Assembly (NCBI GenBank): GCA_021848145.1
Contig: JAJZMX010000005.1
Location: forward strand, 25,528-89,527
DNA: 64,000 nt
Direction of reading: 5' to 3'
From: a bacterium
GTDB lineage: Bacteria; Patescibacteriota; Saccharimonadia; Saccharimonadales; UBA4665
Below are positions 28,270-37,243 of this stretch, piece by piece; position 1 is the first letter of the stretch, and each line of letters opens with the position of its first letter. The notes beneath the pieces are model-generated. The model made no database searches. It saw only the letters and a program-made list of their open reading frames with translations, and had not been told where the DNA came from. Position numbers and translations under genes: made by a program.

Positions 28270-28661
28270 ATTGAGTCTTAACTTAGATTATTAGTAGATT
28301 AAGGGTCTGTAATAATACCCACATAGCCATTGTCTTTTTTATATTTATAAATCTCAAAGCAAGCGCATATTAATCATTCTTATTCGCTTATTCTTAAAAA
28401 GAATAGATACATGGATCTAGCAATTTGGGCGTGAGTGTATCCAATGGGGGGTATGAATGTTACAAAACAGGAACAATTGATCAATGAATGGCTTAAAAAA
28501 CCATTCTTACCGTCCCCATCAGGCCCAAGGATATTTAACTCACAATGAATACAGGGCCAAAATACAAAAGGAAGAAGTGGCGCTCATCATATGAATCATG
28601 ACAGCATATTGATGCAAAGATGCCCATATGCTACACTGAGTTTGTTGCAAGAGGAGTATAT

Positions 28662-28880
28662 ATGCGTACAACAATTACACTAAATGACAAAATCTATAAA
28701 GCTTTAAGGATTCGTGCAGCTGAAAGCGGTGAAACAGTTTCTGCCCTAGTAGAAGATGCTGTTATGGAGCAGGTTCTCGAAGACTTAGATGACTTACAAA
28801 CCGTAAAAGAACGTGAGAATGAGCCAGCTATAGATTTCAAAGACTTCGTGAAAGAACTTAAAGCCGATGGTCTCTTATAG
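28662..28880 (+). CDS. Ribbon-helix-helix antitoxin (RelB/ParD-like)
   Basis: MRTTITLNDKIYKALRIRAAESGETVSALVEDAV is an RHH motif. GAGGAG RBS before ATG 28662. It overlaps the toxin start. Confidence 0.7.
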   Translation: MRTTITLNDKIYKALRIRAAESGETVSALVEDAVMEQVLEDLDDLQTVKERENEPAIDFKDFVKELKADGLL

Positions 28881-29136
28881 AGTTAAAATTAAAAGCTCTG
28901 CCCAAAAAGAAATCCACAAACTTCCAAGCAAAGGTCTGCGAAATAAAGTGGTGGATATAATTGATAGCCTAAACGCCAATCCTTTTCCCGAGGGGTCCAA
29001 GAAAATAAAAGGCTCAAATAATATCTATCGCATCAGACAAGGTACATATCGAATCGTATACCAGGTTTATAAAAACGAGCTACTTGTTCTGATTATTAGT
29101 GTTCGACATCGCAGGGACGTTTATAAAGATTTATAA
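28867..29136 (+). CDS. RelE/ParE-family type II toxin
   Basis: [33 protein letters not shown] is the RelE/ParE C-terminal signature. Confidence 0.85.
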   Translation: MVSYRVKIKSSAQKEIHKLPSKGLRNKVVDIIDSLNANPFPEGSKKIKGSNNIYRIRQGTYRIVYQVYKNELLVLIISVRHRRDVYKDL

Positions 29137-29141
29137 GATGT

Positions 29142-29218
29142 TGGTACGCCCGAAGGGATTCGAACCCCCGACCTTTGGTACCGGAAACCAACGCTCTATC
29201 CAGCTGAGCTACGGGCGC
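29142..29218 (-). tRNA. tRNA-Arg (anticodon CCG), CCA encoded
   Basis: Acceptor GCGCCCG/CGGGCGT (G1-U72), anticodon arm TTGGT-TTCCGGT-ACCAA, T loop TTCGAAT. Confidence 0.9.
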
Positions 29219-29306
29219 ATATTTTAGTTGGCATAAACAAGTGTTGTTAAGTATATGTACATAAAGGCTTCATGTGCAACGTCGTTTTAGTTTTTTTTCT
29301 TCTGGC

Positions 29307-30605
29307 TTAAGCATTTCTCACAAGGTCGTCTACAGGTTCTGGGATTCCGTTTACAACCAGTTTCCCGCTTTGTTTTAACACTAACCTTCGCAAACGGTTG
29401 TCGTAAGAATGTGCAATTTCTTGTATACCATTATGCTCTTGTAGCATGTCTAGGACATGCATCCTGCTTCTATATGGCTTAGTTGCGTAATGCTTAAAAT
29501 GTTCAATGTTTACGATTCGGGCTTTCTTAACGGTGGGTGGTTTAATAAAAGCTTGGTGGTTATATATTAATACGCCATTATCAGATAGAAGGCTGCATAA
29601 TTTATCGTGCAATAAGCGCCTTTCCCAAGAAGGTACTTCTTGGGTTACGAAGTTCGCCATAATAATGTCAAAAGTACCCGAGAAACCTTCTTTCAGAAAA
29701 TAATAGTCTCTTTCGTCTAGTATATTTCCCTCAAAGAAAGAGTAGGGGCTATTTTCGTCATATCCTTCAGAACCGATATTCTTTTTGTCTAATAGGCTTT
29801 GTAAAGTGTTCATATAATTAACATCCTTCCTCTCACTTGGTCTTAATCCATTAAGAGAAAATCGTGTTATGGCTGTGTCATAGTGTTTTTTCTGATTATG
29901 ATAATAAGCGTATTGATCCATGCCCACTATCCTGGAAAATATTCTCTTCCTAGAGAGTATGCTATTAGCTTTGTCGGTTAAATCTTCTTTTTCTGGTTCA
30001 TCGTCAGTGACTTTTTCAAAACTCATTGGATACTCATCCTTATACAGTAACTGCAGGGATCCTAACCCCAGGCTACAGCCATAATCTAATCCTGTTGCGC
30101 CTTTAGGAAAACGCTCTGCTAAGAGTTGGCAAATTAGTTCATCAGTGTAGGATCTTTCTTTAGCTGGAGTAGGCGCATTACGAAAGAGTAAGTCTGAATA
30201 CAGCACCTCTGTTACTTGATCATCACTATTTAGAATTGAATCAGATAAAATTTTCATGGGTTCACCCCAATCATCTTCACTTATTAGATCAGGATAAGTA
30301 AAAGTTTTCCCCCTGGATTCGTAGTAAACAGAAAAAAAATCAATAAAAGAAGCTCTGAACAGGCTGGCAGCAGGCCCTACGTCCAGATGTCTTCTCTGTA
30401 ATACCCATTCTGACATCTCTTTGAGGAACTGATGTACATTATTATCTGAATTGAGAATGGCTTTAAACATAGCCGCTGTGGGTAGCTCAACGTTAGGGCC
30501 TCCCGAGGATTGAATTTCAAATTCATCTATTAGAGTGATGTAGGCTTCATTGATACTGGAAACTCCTAGATTTAGAAAATCACTGTTATCTTTCATAATT
30601 ATCAA
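29307..30605 (-). CDS. Hypothetical 432-aa protein with a split class I SAM-methyltransferase-like core
   Basis: Motif I-like GLDYGCSLGLGS and motif IV-like FDIIMANFV, separated by an acidic insertion. The N-terminal 170 aa are unknown. Confidence 0.35.
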   Translation of the reverse strand: MIIMKDNSDFLNLGVSSINEAYITLIDEFEIQSSGGPNVELPTAAMFKAILNSDNNVHQFLKEMSEWVLQRRHLDVGPAASLFRASFIDFFSVYYESRGKTFTYPDLISEDDWGEPMKILSDSILNSDDQVTEVLYSDLLFRNAPTPAKERSYTDELICQLLAERFPKGATGLDYGCSLGLGSLQLLYKDEYPMSFEKVTDDEPEKEDLTDKANSILSRKRIFSRIVGMDQYAYYHNQKKHYDTAITRFSLNGLRPSERKDVNYMNTLQSLLDKKNIGSEGYDENSPYSFFEGNILDERDYYFLKEGFSGTFDIIMANFVTQEVPSWERRLLHDKLCSLLSDNGVLIYNHQAFIKPPTVKKARIVNIEHFKHYATKPYRSRMHVLDMLQEHNGIQEIAHSYDNRLRRLVLKQSGKLVVNGIPEPVDDLVRNA

Positions 30606-30710
30606 GATATATTCATGCCATATTTATTATATATTTTAGAAAAAATACGTAAATTGCTTAAGTATAGTTTTATTGCTCCAACTATTAATTAAACGTTATA
30701 CAATTTAAAT

Positions 30711-31379
30711 ATGGTCCCAAATAAGCTAAGCAACATAATGAGAAGTCTAGGTAAGATAGAATTTTATAAGAAAGACGAAATCTATCACTCACAGCACTTT
30801 GCTAATAGAATGTTTATGCTCAAAAAAGGGTTTGTTAAGCGTTATCAGGTGACAAATGAAGAAAAGGTAATAGAGTTAATTTATGGACCGGGATATATAT
30901 TTCCCCTATCACAGCTGTATAAAGAACTTTTCGGAATCAACCAAAACGAAGAAAACTTTATATATGTCTACCAGGCAATGACTGACATAGAGGCTTATTC
31001 TTTAGACGATAAAATCATAATGGAGAAAATTGAAAAGAATCCTTTACTTTATATTGACCTATATTATGAGTCAGGTCTGCGCATAAAGTCTAATATTGAG
31101 CGTCTTGCAAGTAATTCATATAGAGACGACTATAAAAAAGTAGCACATCAGTTATTTTGTCTAGCTAGAGAGTTTGGCAAGAAAGCTGTGGTTAATAAGA
31201 AAGAACATATTAAGATTAACGTTCCTCTTAACGCAAAAGACATAGCCGAACAATTGAATATATCCGAAGAAATAGCCGCATCGGTTATTGATAATCTAAA
31301 CAAACGCAAACTCATTAAAACTTATAAGAATTTTATATACATATCGAGCTTGAATTTATTAAAAGACGTTTATATTTAA
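30711..31379 (+). CDS. Crp/Fnr-family transcriptional regulator
   Basis: N-terminal cNMP-binding-like beta-roll and C-terminal HTH (AKDIAEQLNISEEIAASVIDNLNKRKLI). Confidence 0.65.
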   Translation: MVPNKLSNIMRSLGKIEFYKKDEIYHSQHFANRMFMLKKGFVKRYQVTNEEKVIELIYGPGYIFPLSQLYKELFGINQNEENFIYVYQAMTDIEAYSLDDKIIMEKIEKNPLLYIDLYYESGLRIKSNIERLASNSYRDDYKKVAHQLFCLAREFGKKAVVNKKEHIKINVPLNAKDIAEQLNISEEIAASVIDNLNKRKLIKTYKNFIYISSLNLLKDVYI

Positions 31380-31609
31380 TTCTTGAAGCCGTCACTTAAT
31401 TATCGTACGCATCAACCTTAGACCTATTGACGTTAAGATACTTAAATATAGATTATTATCAAATTATGCTTAATGTTCTCTTGGACAACACTGCACTAGT
31501 TTTAATATTTCGGCAAGAGTCCATTAATTTTTAGCAACTAGCTTTCATTAATATTTCAACAAATGGTATATAATTACGAGGTACTTAACGGACAGCAACT
31601 AAAATTAAT

Positions 31610-32149
31610 ATGAATTCTATAATAATATTTTGTGCTCAGTACCTATTTTTACTGGTCATATTACTTGAGGTATTTGCAGTAATAAGATTGGGGAAGGACG
31701 TTGACCAAAAAGTAAAATTTCTTGTAGCTATAATTATTGCAGGAGTGATTGCTTTTATTCTTTCTAGAATTTCCAGCAAACTATACTATGACCCTAGACC
31801 ATTCGTTAGGAATCCTCATATAAAACCACTTTTCCCGCATATACCGGACAATGGTTTCCCTTCTGACCACGCTTTATTAACCGGAACACTTACCGCTATC
31901 ACGTACTTCTTTAGTCGTAAGTACGCAACTATTATGCTTATTCCAACCCTAATTATTGGCTGGGCTAGAGTGTACGCTAACGTCCATTCACCTATAGATA
32001 TAGCTGGCGGATGGGTGTTTGGTATTATTGGTTCTTTTGCGGCTTATTACTTTGTAAAGTGGTCACTTACAAAACCTTGGGGAAAGTCCCTAGAGAAGAA
32101 ATTAATTCAACTAGTTAAGTCTACGCCAATACTAAGTAAAGTCATGTAG
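31610..32149 (+). CDS. PAP2-family phosphatase (undecaprenyl-diphosphatase BcrC-like)
   Basis: The three PAP2 motifs: YYDPRPF, PSDHA and RVYANVHSPIDIAGG. Confidence 0.75.
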   Translation: MNSIIIFCAQYLFLLVILLEVFAVIRLGKDVDQKVKFLVAIIIAGVIAFILSRISSKLYYDPRPFVRNPHIKPLFPHIPDNGFPSDHALLTGTLTAITYFFSRKYATIMLIPTLIIGWARVYANVHSPIDIAGGWVFGIIGSFAAYYFVKWSLTKPWGKSLEKKLIQLVKSTPILSKVM

Positions 32150-32586
32150 CCGTTTGGGTTACTTGAAAATAACTAACCTAAAGTCGTTGGAACGGTAATG
32201 GTTTCCAAGAATTAATTGGAGTAAGATAATAGCCAAAGTCGTTTTCTCCTAGCCTTTTTAGGTTGTGTAGGTAGGTAAGTTCAATGTGCCTTGGGCCAAA
32301 TCTAGCTCATATTTTAATAGAGCAAATCCATCCTTGTAGCTAACAAGATCACTATTTTTTTGGGGCTAATACTTCAACTCCCGCTTTAGAGAATTATTCA
32401 TATGATAACTATATTTTCGGAAAATGCTTAGTGAAGTTACCATGTATTACAAGCGAAACTTACCCATATTCATAGTTAATGCAATTTTGCTCCATATATG
32501 AAATATGAAGAATAGTGTTAGAAGGTTTACTCTCTTTAAGCCTATTCAGTGGTAGAGTTTTCTTTGTTTATTGGGAGGATGGCAAA

Positions 32587-33081
32587 ATGAGCAGCAATAA
32601 AGATTCCCTAGGAGAGTATGCGGCCAATCGACACTTTGCTGAACAGCTGAAATACCTATATCCTATCGAAAGATTTAAGCATGCTTGCGACGCTATTTCT
32701 GAACTTGAATTTCAGTCATTAGTTAGGCCGCAAAATATAGAAATTACTGATACAATCATCGCTGAATTTACAAGACTAAATGACTTTGGCCCAATAGTTA
32801 GCGATAATCCAATTGCTGGGTTAGGGGTGGTTATTATATCCGAAGGAAAAAGATTTCCAACCGGTCGAATTGCTCAAAACGTAAAGTTTAGGTCTGATAC
32901 AAGTGGATATGAGGGCGCAATTTATTACAGTAAATCGGGCGACAGACTAGATGGAACTGCTCATCAAGTTAACTTCAGAAACCCTGAAGGACTAATGGAT
33001 ATTAAAATCCCCGACTTCAAGGCTGGTTTAGAGGCAGCTGTTAGAGCTTACGACAAACTAATTAGCGATTCTATTATATAG
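32587..33081 (+). CDS. Hypothetical protein
   Basis: ORF with a GGGAGG RBS before ATG 32587. No recognisable motif. Confidence 0.4.
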   Translation: MSSNKDSLGEYAANRHFAEQLKYLYPIERFKHACDAISELEFQSLVRPQNIEITDTIIAEFTRLNDFGPIVSDNPIAGLGVVIISEGKRFPTGRIAQNVKFRSDTSGYEGAIYYSKSGDRLDGTAHQVNFRNPEGLMDIKIPDFKAGLEAAVRAYDKLISDSII

Positions 33082-33167
33082 AATCTATTGTTCCGCCATG
33101 CAATTTCTAATTATCCGGTTCTACATGAAAATTAACTATTACCACAGATGCCTAACTTTTTTCAAAA

Positions 33168-33427
33168 GATTCGAATAGATTGAAGCTGTATTTTAGAAGT
33201 TCTTTAGACAAGGGTAGTTATTGTGCCAGGCTTGGCAGAGGTGATACCTCAAATGTCTCGTGCCACCACAGCAATTCACTCTTGAGACGGTTCCAAGACG
33301 AAACTGGAAGGTGTACCATCGAAACGTTTTTAACGATCACCTCTGTTACTGAAATTCTAAATAATTAGCGATCCTGACTGACTGACTGGATTTACTTCTT
33401 TAAATCGGTTCGAATCCTGTTAGGTCA
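33168..33427 (+). repeat. Repeat family copy 1: inverted short tail (33168-33212), 106-nt core (33213-33318) and long tail (33319-33427) ending in GGTTCGAATCCTGTTAGG
   Basis: Manual alignment to copies at 34224, 42556(-), 36953(-) and 37755(-). Confidence 0.8.
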
Positions 33428-33477
33428 ATCCCATAACTCATCCATGCTTACTAGTTATCTAATGTTATGATTACTAC

Positions 33478-34200
33478 ATGGATCTAAAAATTGTTGATGA
33501 TTTAAAAGTTCTGTTTGAAAAAGATTCGAAGGTCCATGCCATGTGGATTGCTGGATCTGTTGCAGAAGGCAACAATGATGAGCTATCCGACGTTGATTTA
33601 TGGCTGGATATAGACGACAACCAAGACCAGCAAGTACTAGATAAAGTTGAGGGGTTTTTAGCCACTAAAGGAACCATTGACGTCAATTTTGGAGAAGGTT
33701 TAACGCCGCCTTTTACTCATAAGGTTTATCATCTAGCCCAAATGGATCCACTTCATTTTATTGAAATTAATCTTCATTCTCACTCACATAAATTTGGCTT
33801 ATTCGATAGTCTGCGCAAAATAAAAGTATTGTTTGATAAAGACGGTTCAACCGATTTTGAATCTTTTGATGAAGCCAACTATAGCAAAATGCTGAATGAG
33901 CGTAAGCAATTCCTATTAGAAAAGATTGAGTTTGGTGAATTATCGGTCAGAAAAGAAATACAACGCAAACATTTCTTGGAAGCACTGCATAATTACCAGT
34001 TTTGGTTAGTCGAGCCTATAATTGAAGTCATTCGAATTAAACACACGCCATTAAAAATAACTTACGGCTTAAAACATGGCAGCAGGGATCTTCCTAATGA
34101 AGCGGTGGCTGCAATAGAGTCGTTATATATCATCAAATCGATCAGTGACTTGAATAATAAGATCGGTGAGGTGAATGAGCTCGTTAAGCAATATAGGTAG
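33478..34200 (+). CDS. Nucleotidyltransferase (aminoglycoside/lincosamide ANT-like, Pol-beta superfamily)
   Basis: GSVAEGNNDELSDVDLWLD matches the GS-x(n)-DxD NTase motif. A roughly 130-aa helical C-terminal domain resembles KNTase-type enzymes. Confidence 0.65.
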   Translation: MDLKIVDDLKVLFEKDSKVHAMWIAGSVAEGNNDELSDVDLWLDIDDNQDQQVLDKVEGFLATKGTIDVNFGEGLTPPFTHKVYHLAQMDPLHFIEINLHSHSHKFGLFDSLRKIKVLFDKDGSTDFESFDEANYSKMLNERKQFLLEKIEFGELSVRKEIQRKHFLEALHNYQFWLVEPIIEVIRIKHTPLKITYGLKHGSRDLPNEAVAAIESLYIIKSISDLNNKIGEVNELVKQYR

Positions 34201-34208
34201 GTTACTCA

Positions 34209-34329
34209 GTTCTAATCCAGCACGGTAGTTACTGTGCTAGACTTGGCAGAGGTGATACCTCAAATGTTTCGTGCCAGCGCATCAGTTCACTATTGAGGCG
34301 GTTCCAAGCGGAGACAGGAAGGGGTACCA
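34209..34329 (+). repeat. Repeat family copy 2 (core 34224-34329), beginning 9 nt after the NTase stop
   Basis: 8 mismatches in 106 nt versus copy 3 by manual alignment. Confidence 0.85.
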
Positions 34330-34378
34330 AGCATAAGCTTTATAGTATTGCATAAGATCTTCTTGTTATTATTAACGA

Positions 34379-34651
34379 GTGCAGAATTATTTATCACTAG
34401 CTTTGCTAGCAACAGGGTTAGCGTCAGTTGTAGCCGCTTTACCACAACTAATACGCGTCCTAAAGCTAAAAACTTCTCGAGAATTAAGTATTTTTAGTTG
34501 GACTGTTTGGCTACTTTACCAGTGCGTATCAGTAGCATATTCCTTACACATACACGCTAAAGCATACGCTTTGATTAATGTGCTTTGGGTTTGTTTTTAT
34601 GCAAGCATGGTCGTTCTAATAATTAGGTATCGACGTTCCCAAAGACAATAG
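34379..34651 (+). CDS. SemiSWEET / PQ-loop 3-TM transporter
   Basis: 90 aa, 3 TM, PQ motif (VAALPQLIRVLK). GTG start. Confidence 0.6.
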   Translation: MQNYLSLALLATGLASVVAALPQLIRVLKLKTSRELSIFSWTVWLLYQCVSVAYSLHIHAKAYALINVLWVCFYASMVVLIIRYRRSQRQ

Positions 34652-35145
34652 TATTAAGGTTCTGACTTCTCGGACTAGGGCGTACCGCCACGATTTCACT
34701 TCCATTAACCCTACTTGTCACCAAGCAGAATTTAAATTTGCAAAAAGTTATAATTGTTATATGTCTAACAAACAATCTGTGCATATGCCAGTTTTTATAC
34801 TTTTTGCGATAGTTATATTAATCGGTTTAACGGTACTACTTTAGAAATATTTCGAATACTTATTATTTTGTCAGTCTGAAAACTCCGGGGCGTATAGTAT
34901 ATAAAACTTCCTCGCAGTGTAATCTGGGCGTAATTCATGTTCAGACCATAACAAGAGACGATGTTTATTTTTACTATGATAAATTCAGGTTAACGGCCGA
35001 TAACAAAACCGGTCGGCTAACCGACTTTACGACTGACGAAAAAATGCAAGTAACGACTATCGACAAGACCAAGAATATATCAAAAATCAGAGCATTAAAC
35101 TGACATAAAGGATCAGATTTTCACTGGTTTGCACAAAGAAAGTAG

Positions 35146-35175
35146 TTGACGTATTGGTATAACTTTCGTTATACT
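35146..35175 (+). promoter_or_regulatory. Candidate promoter TTGACG-18 nt-TATACT placed 7 nt before the antitoxin ATG (leaderless mRNA candidate)
   Basis: Hexamers at 35146-35151 and 35170-35175. There is no Shine-Dalgarno sequence between the -10 and ATG 35183. Confidence 0.4.
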
Positions 35176-35182
35176 TATTTAC

Positions 35183-35419
35183 ATGAAAACAGCAGTTTCT
35201 ATACCGGATAACGTATACGCTTCAGCTGAAAAACTTGCTAGACGCTTAGGCAAATCACGTAGTCAGCTTTATGCCCAAGCTTTAAGTAATTATTTATCTA
35301 AGCATCAAAAAGAAGGCATAACAACTAAATTGAACGAGATTTATCTTAATAGTGACTCAAGGGTTGATAAAGTACTTGCAAAACTGCAAGCCCAGTCCCT
35401 ATCAAAGGAAGATTGGTGA
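35183..35419 (+). CDS. RHH (CopG-type) antitoxin paired with MazF
   Basis: MKTAVSIPDNVYASAEKLARRLGKSRSQLYAQAL is an RHH motif. It overlaps the toxin start. Confidence 0.7.
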   Translation: MKTAVSIPDNVYASAEKLARRLGKSRSQLYAQALSNYLSKHQKEGITTKLNEIYLNSDSRVDKVLAKLQAQSLSKEDW

Positions 35420-35754
35420 AACGTGGTCAAATCTGGTGGGCAGAATTACCAGAACCAAGTGCTTCAGAGCCAGGGTTTAAACGACCAGTAATTATTGTCC
35501 AGGCGGATGAGTTCAATAATAGTCGCATTAGTACAGTAATAGTAGTGGCAATAACCTCTAATTTGAGGCTCGCTGATGCACCTGGTAATTTACACCTTCC
35601 AAAATCGAAAACTGGGTTAACAAAGGATTCAGTCGCTAATGTGTCTCAAGTACTTACCCTCGACAAGACTTTCTTAACGGAACAAATCGGACGGCTTGAT
35701 AGAGTAACTGTTCAGCAGCTAGATGAAGGCTTGCAACTAGTTCTTTCTCTATAG
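35413..35754 (+). CDS. mazF: MazF/PemK-family endoribonuclease toxin
   Basis: RGQIWWAEL...KRPVIIVQADEFN...VIVVAITSN is the PemK signature. Confidence 0.85.
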   Translation: MVKRGQIWWAELPEPSASEPGFKRPVIIVQADEFNNSRISTVIVVAITSNLRLADAPGNLHLPKSKTGLTKDSVANVSQVLTLDKTFLTEQIGRLDRVTVQQLDEGLQLVLSL

Positions 35755-35823
35755 AACCATGTGACCCAGTTCACGGAAAACCTATTGACAAACTTTATAA
35801 AGTTTTAATATATTTATAAAGTT

Positions 35824-36738
35824 ATGAATTACTCTAAACAACTAAGGGCTATATTAGATGCAAGTGGCTGGACGCAGGAAGAGCTTGCCAAACAATTAGG
35901 TGTATCGTTCGTAACTATAAACTCATGGATTAACGCTCGGGCTAAGCCTCGTAAGAGGGCGCTTGAATCTATACGTATTCTGTACTTTGATGTGCTGGGT
36001 GACAACAGTTTAGATGTAGGCTATCTTGAAGAGCTGAAAGAGAAAATTAAACTTCTTAGCATTAAGCTTTCTCAGATCACTGAAAACAAGGAAGTTTTCG
36101 ATAAACTCGTACTCCATCTGACCTATCATACAAATGTTATAGAGGGCAGTACCATGACGCTTGATGACACAAGAGAAGTTCTTTTCGAAAACAGAGTCCT
36201 AACTAACAGAACGCAAATTGAGCAGGCCGAGGCCAGGAACCACAAAGCCGCACTAGTTTGGCTACTGGGTGCGTTACAAAGCAAGAGTTTTGTAATTGAT
36301 GATAGTTTAATAAAAGGGCTACACCTCAGGCTCATGAATGGCATTATAGAAAATGCAGGACTGTACAGAAACCATTCAGTTCGCATAATGGGTGCGCATG
36401 TTACTGTTGCCGATCATATAAAAGTGCCTGAATTAGTGCATGAGCTGCTTACGAAAATTAATGCTAAGGCTAAAGAAGAAGTTACAGAAAAATTATCTGA
36501 AACTCATGCTATTTTTGAGAAGATACATCCATTTAGTGATGGTAACGGAAGAGTGGGCCGATTACTAATGCTTGCCCAAGCCTTACAAATAGGTATTGTG
36601 CCACCTTTGGTGCTGAAAGAGAGAAGGCAGGCATACTATAAGTATTTAGGGCTTGCACAGACTCAAGATAACGTGATGCCTTTACAGCTTTTTATAGCTG
36701 AATCTATAGTTGCAGCCAATGATCTACTATTTAAGTAG
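35824..36738 (+). CDS. HTH(XRE)-Fic fusion protein (AMPylase family)
   Basis: N-terminal HTH (WTQEELAKQLGVSFVTINSWINARAKP) and the Fic motif HPFSDGNGRVGR. Confidence 0.85.
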   Translation: MNYSKQLRAILDASGWTQEELAKQLGVSFVTINSWINARAKPRKRALESIRILYFDVLGDNSLDVGYLEELKEKIKLLSIKLSQITENKEVFDKLVLHLTYHTNVIEGSTMTLDDTREVLFENRVLTNRTQIEQAEARNHKAALVWLLGALQSKSFVIDDSLIKGLHLRLMNGIIENAGLYRNHSVRIMGAHVTVADHIKVPELVHELLTKINAKAKEEVTEKLSETHAIFEKIHPFSDGNGRVGRLLMLAQALQIGIVPPLVLKERRQAYYKYLGLAQTQDNVMPLQLFIAESIVAANDLLFK

Positions 36739-36747
36739 CAAAAGGCG

Positions 36748-36953
36748 CTAACAGGATTCGAACCAGTTTTAAGAAGTAAATACTCTCAGCTAGGCAGGGT
36801 TGTTAATTATTTAGAACTTCAGAAACAGAGGCGATCAATGAAAAAGTTTTGATGGTACCCCCTACCTGATGTGTTCAGAAAGAAGTATTACCAAGTAATA
36901 CTTGGATTTGCTAAGGATATTGAGTTTGCAAAGTCTTATCTAGGCACTACGCC
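36748..36953 (-). repeat. Repeat family member R_a: divergent-centre core (36853-36953) plus long tail (36748-36852)
   Basis: The ends match the 106-nt core family. The tail aligns with the copy-1 tail and contains CAGGATTCGAACC and TGGTACCCCCT, both identical to tRNA-Arg(TCG) segments. Confidence 0.7.
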
Positions 36954-36961
36954 AGTTTTAT

Positions 36962-37243
36962 CTACTTGCTAGCTGTTGCAAGTTCTTCGTCAACTTTTTC
37001 GCTTAGATATACTTTCATTAACGACTGATATGGTACACCTTTCTCATTGGCTAAAGCTTTAATATGTGCAAGGAGTGGGCCAGGAATCCGCATGGATATA
37101 GATTCAGAGGTCAATTTCAAGTTGGGAAAGACTACTTCCTCAGCTTTAGACCAATCAATATATTCCCCAGAGTCGTGGGTATCCCAAAATTCAACTTCTT
37201 CCTCCTCATTTCTAAAATCAGGTATTTTTTTAAGTTTTTTCAT
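36962..37243 (-). CDS. brnA: BrnA-type antitoxin
   Basis: EEVEFWDTHDSGEYIDW and a C-terminal RHH-like segment (ISMRIPGPLLAHIKALANEKGVPYQSLMKVYL). Confidence 0.75.
   Translation of the reverse strand: MKKLKKIPDFRNEEEEVEFWDTHDSGEYIDWSKAEEVVFPNLKLTSESISMRIPGPLLAHIKALANEKGVPYQSLMKVYLSEKVDEELATASK

Noticed and set aside
28455-28550. 31-codon ORF (MNVTKQEQLINEWLKKPFLPSPSGPRIFNSQ) upstream of the first RelE cassette
   Set aside because: The only support is a G-rich stretch before the ATG. There is no other evidence, so I did not report it as a feature.
33180-33368. 62-aa ORF inside repeat copy 1 (and the 60-aa ORF at 42327-42509 inside copy 3)
   Set aside because: The frame that stays open in all three copies has no start codon in copy 2, and the ORF at 42327-42509 is a separate minus-strand ORF confined to copy 3, not a frame shared by the other copies. 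The substitution pattern is not clearly synonymous-biased, so I treat the repeats as non-coding.
33168-33427. tRNA, tmRNA or intron-containing tRNA interpretation of the repeat plus tails
   Set aside because: T-arm-like GGTTCGAATCC and ..GGTACCA ends are present, but they are in the wrong order. No D or anticodon arm and no complementary acceptor stem could be folded consistently across copies.
36866-36882. Hammerhead-like CTGATG...GAAA motif
   Set aside because: The homologous copy at 37668-37684 reads CTGGTATG..GAAAG, so the catalytic core is not conserved and there is no stem II.
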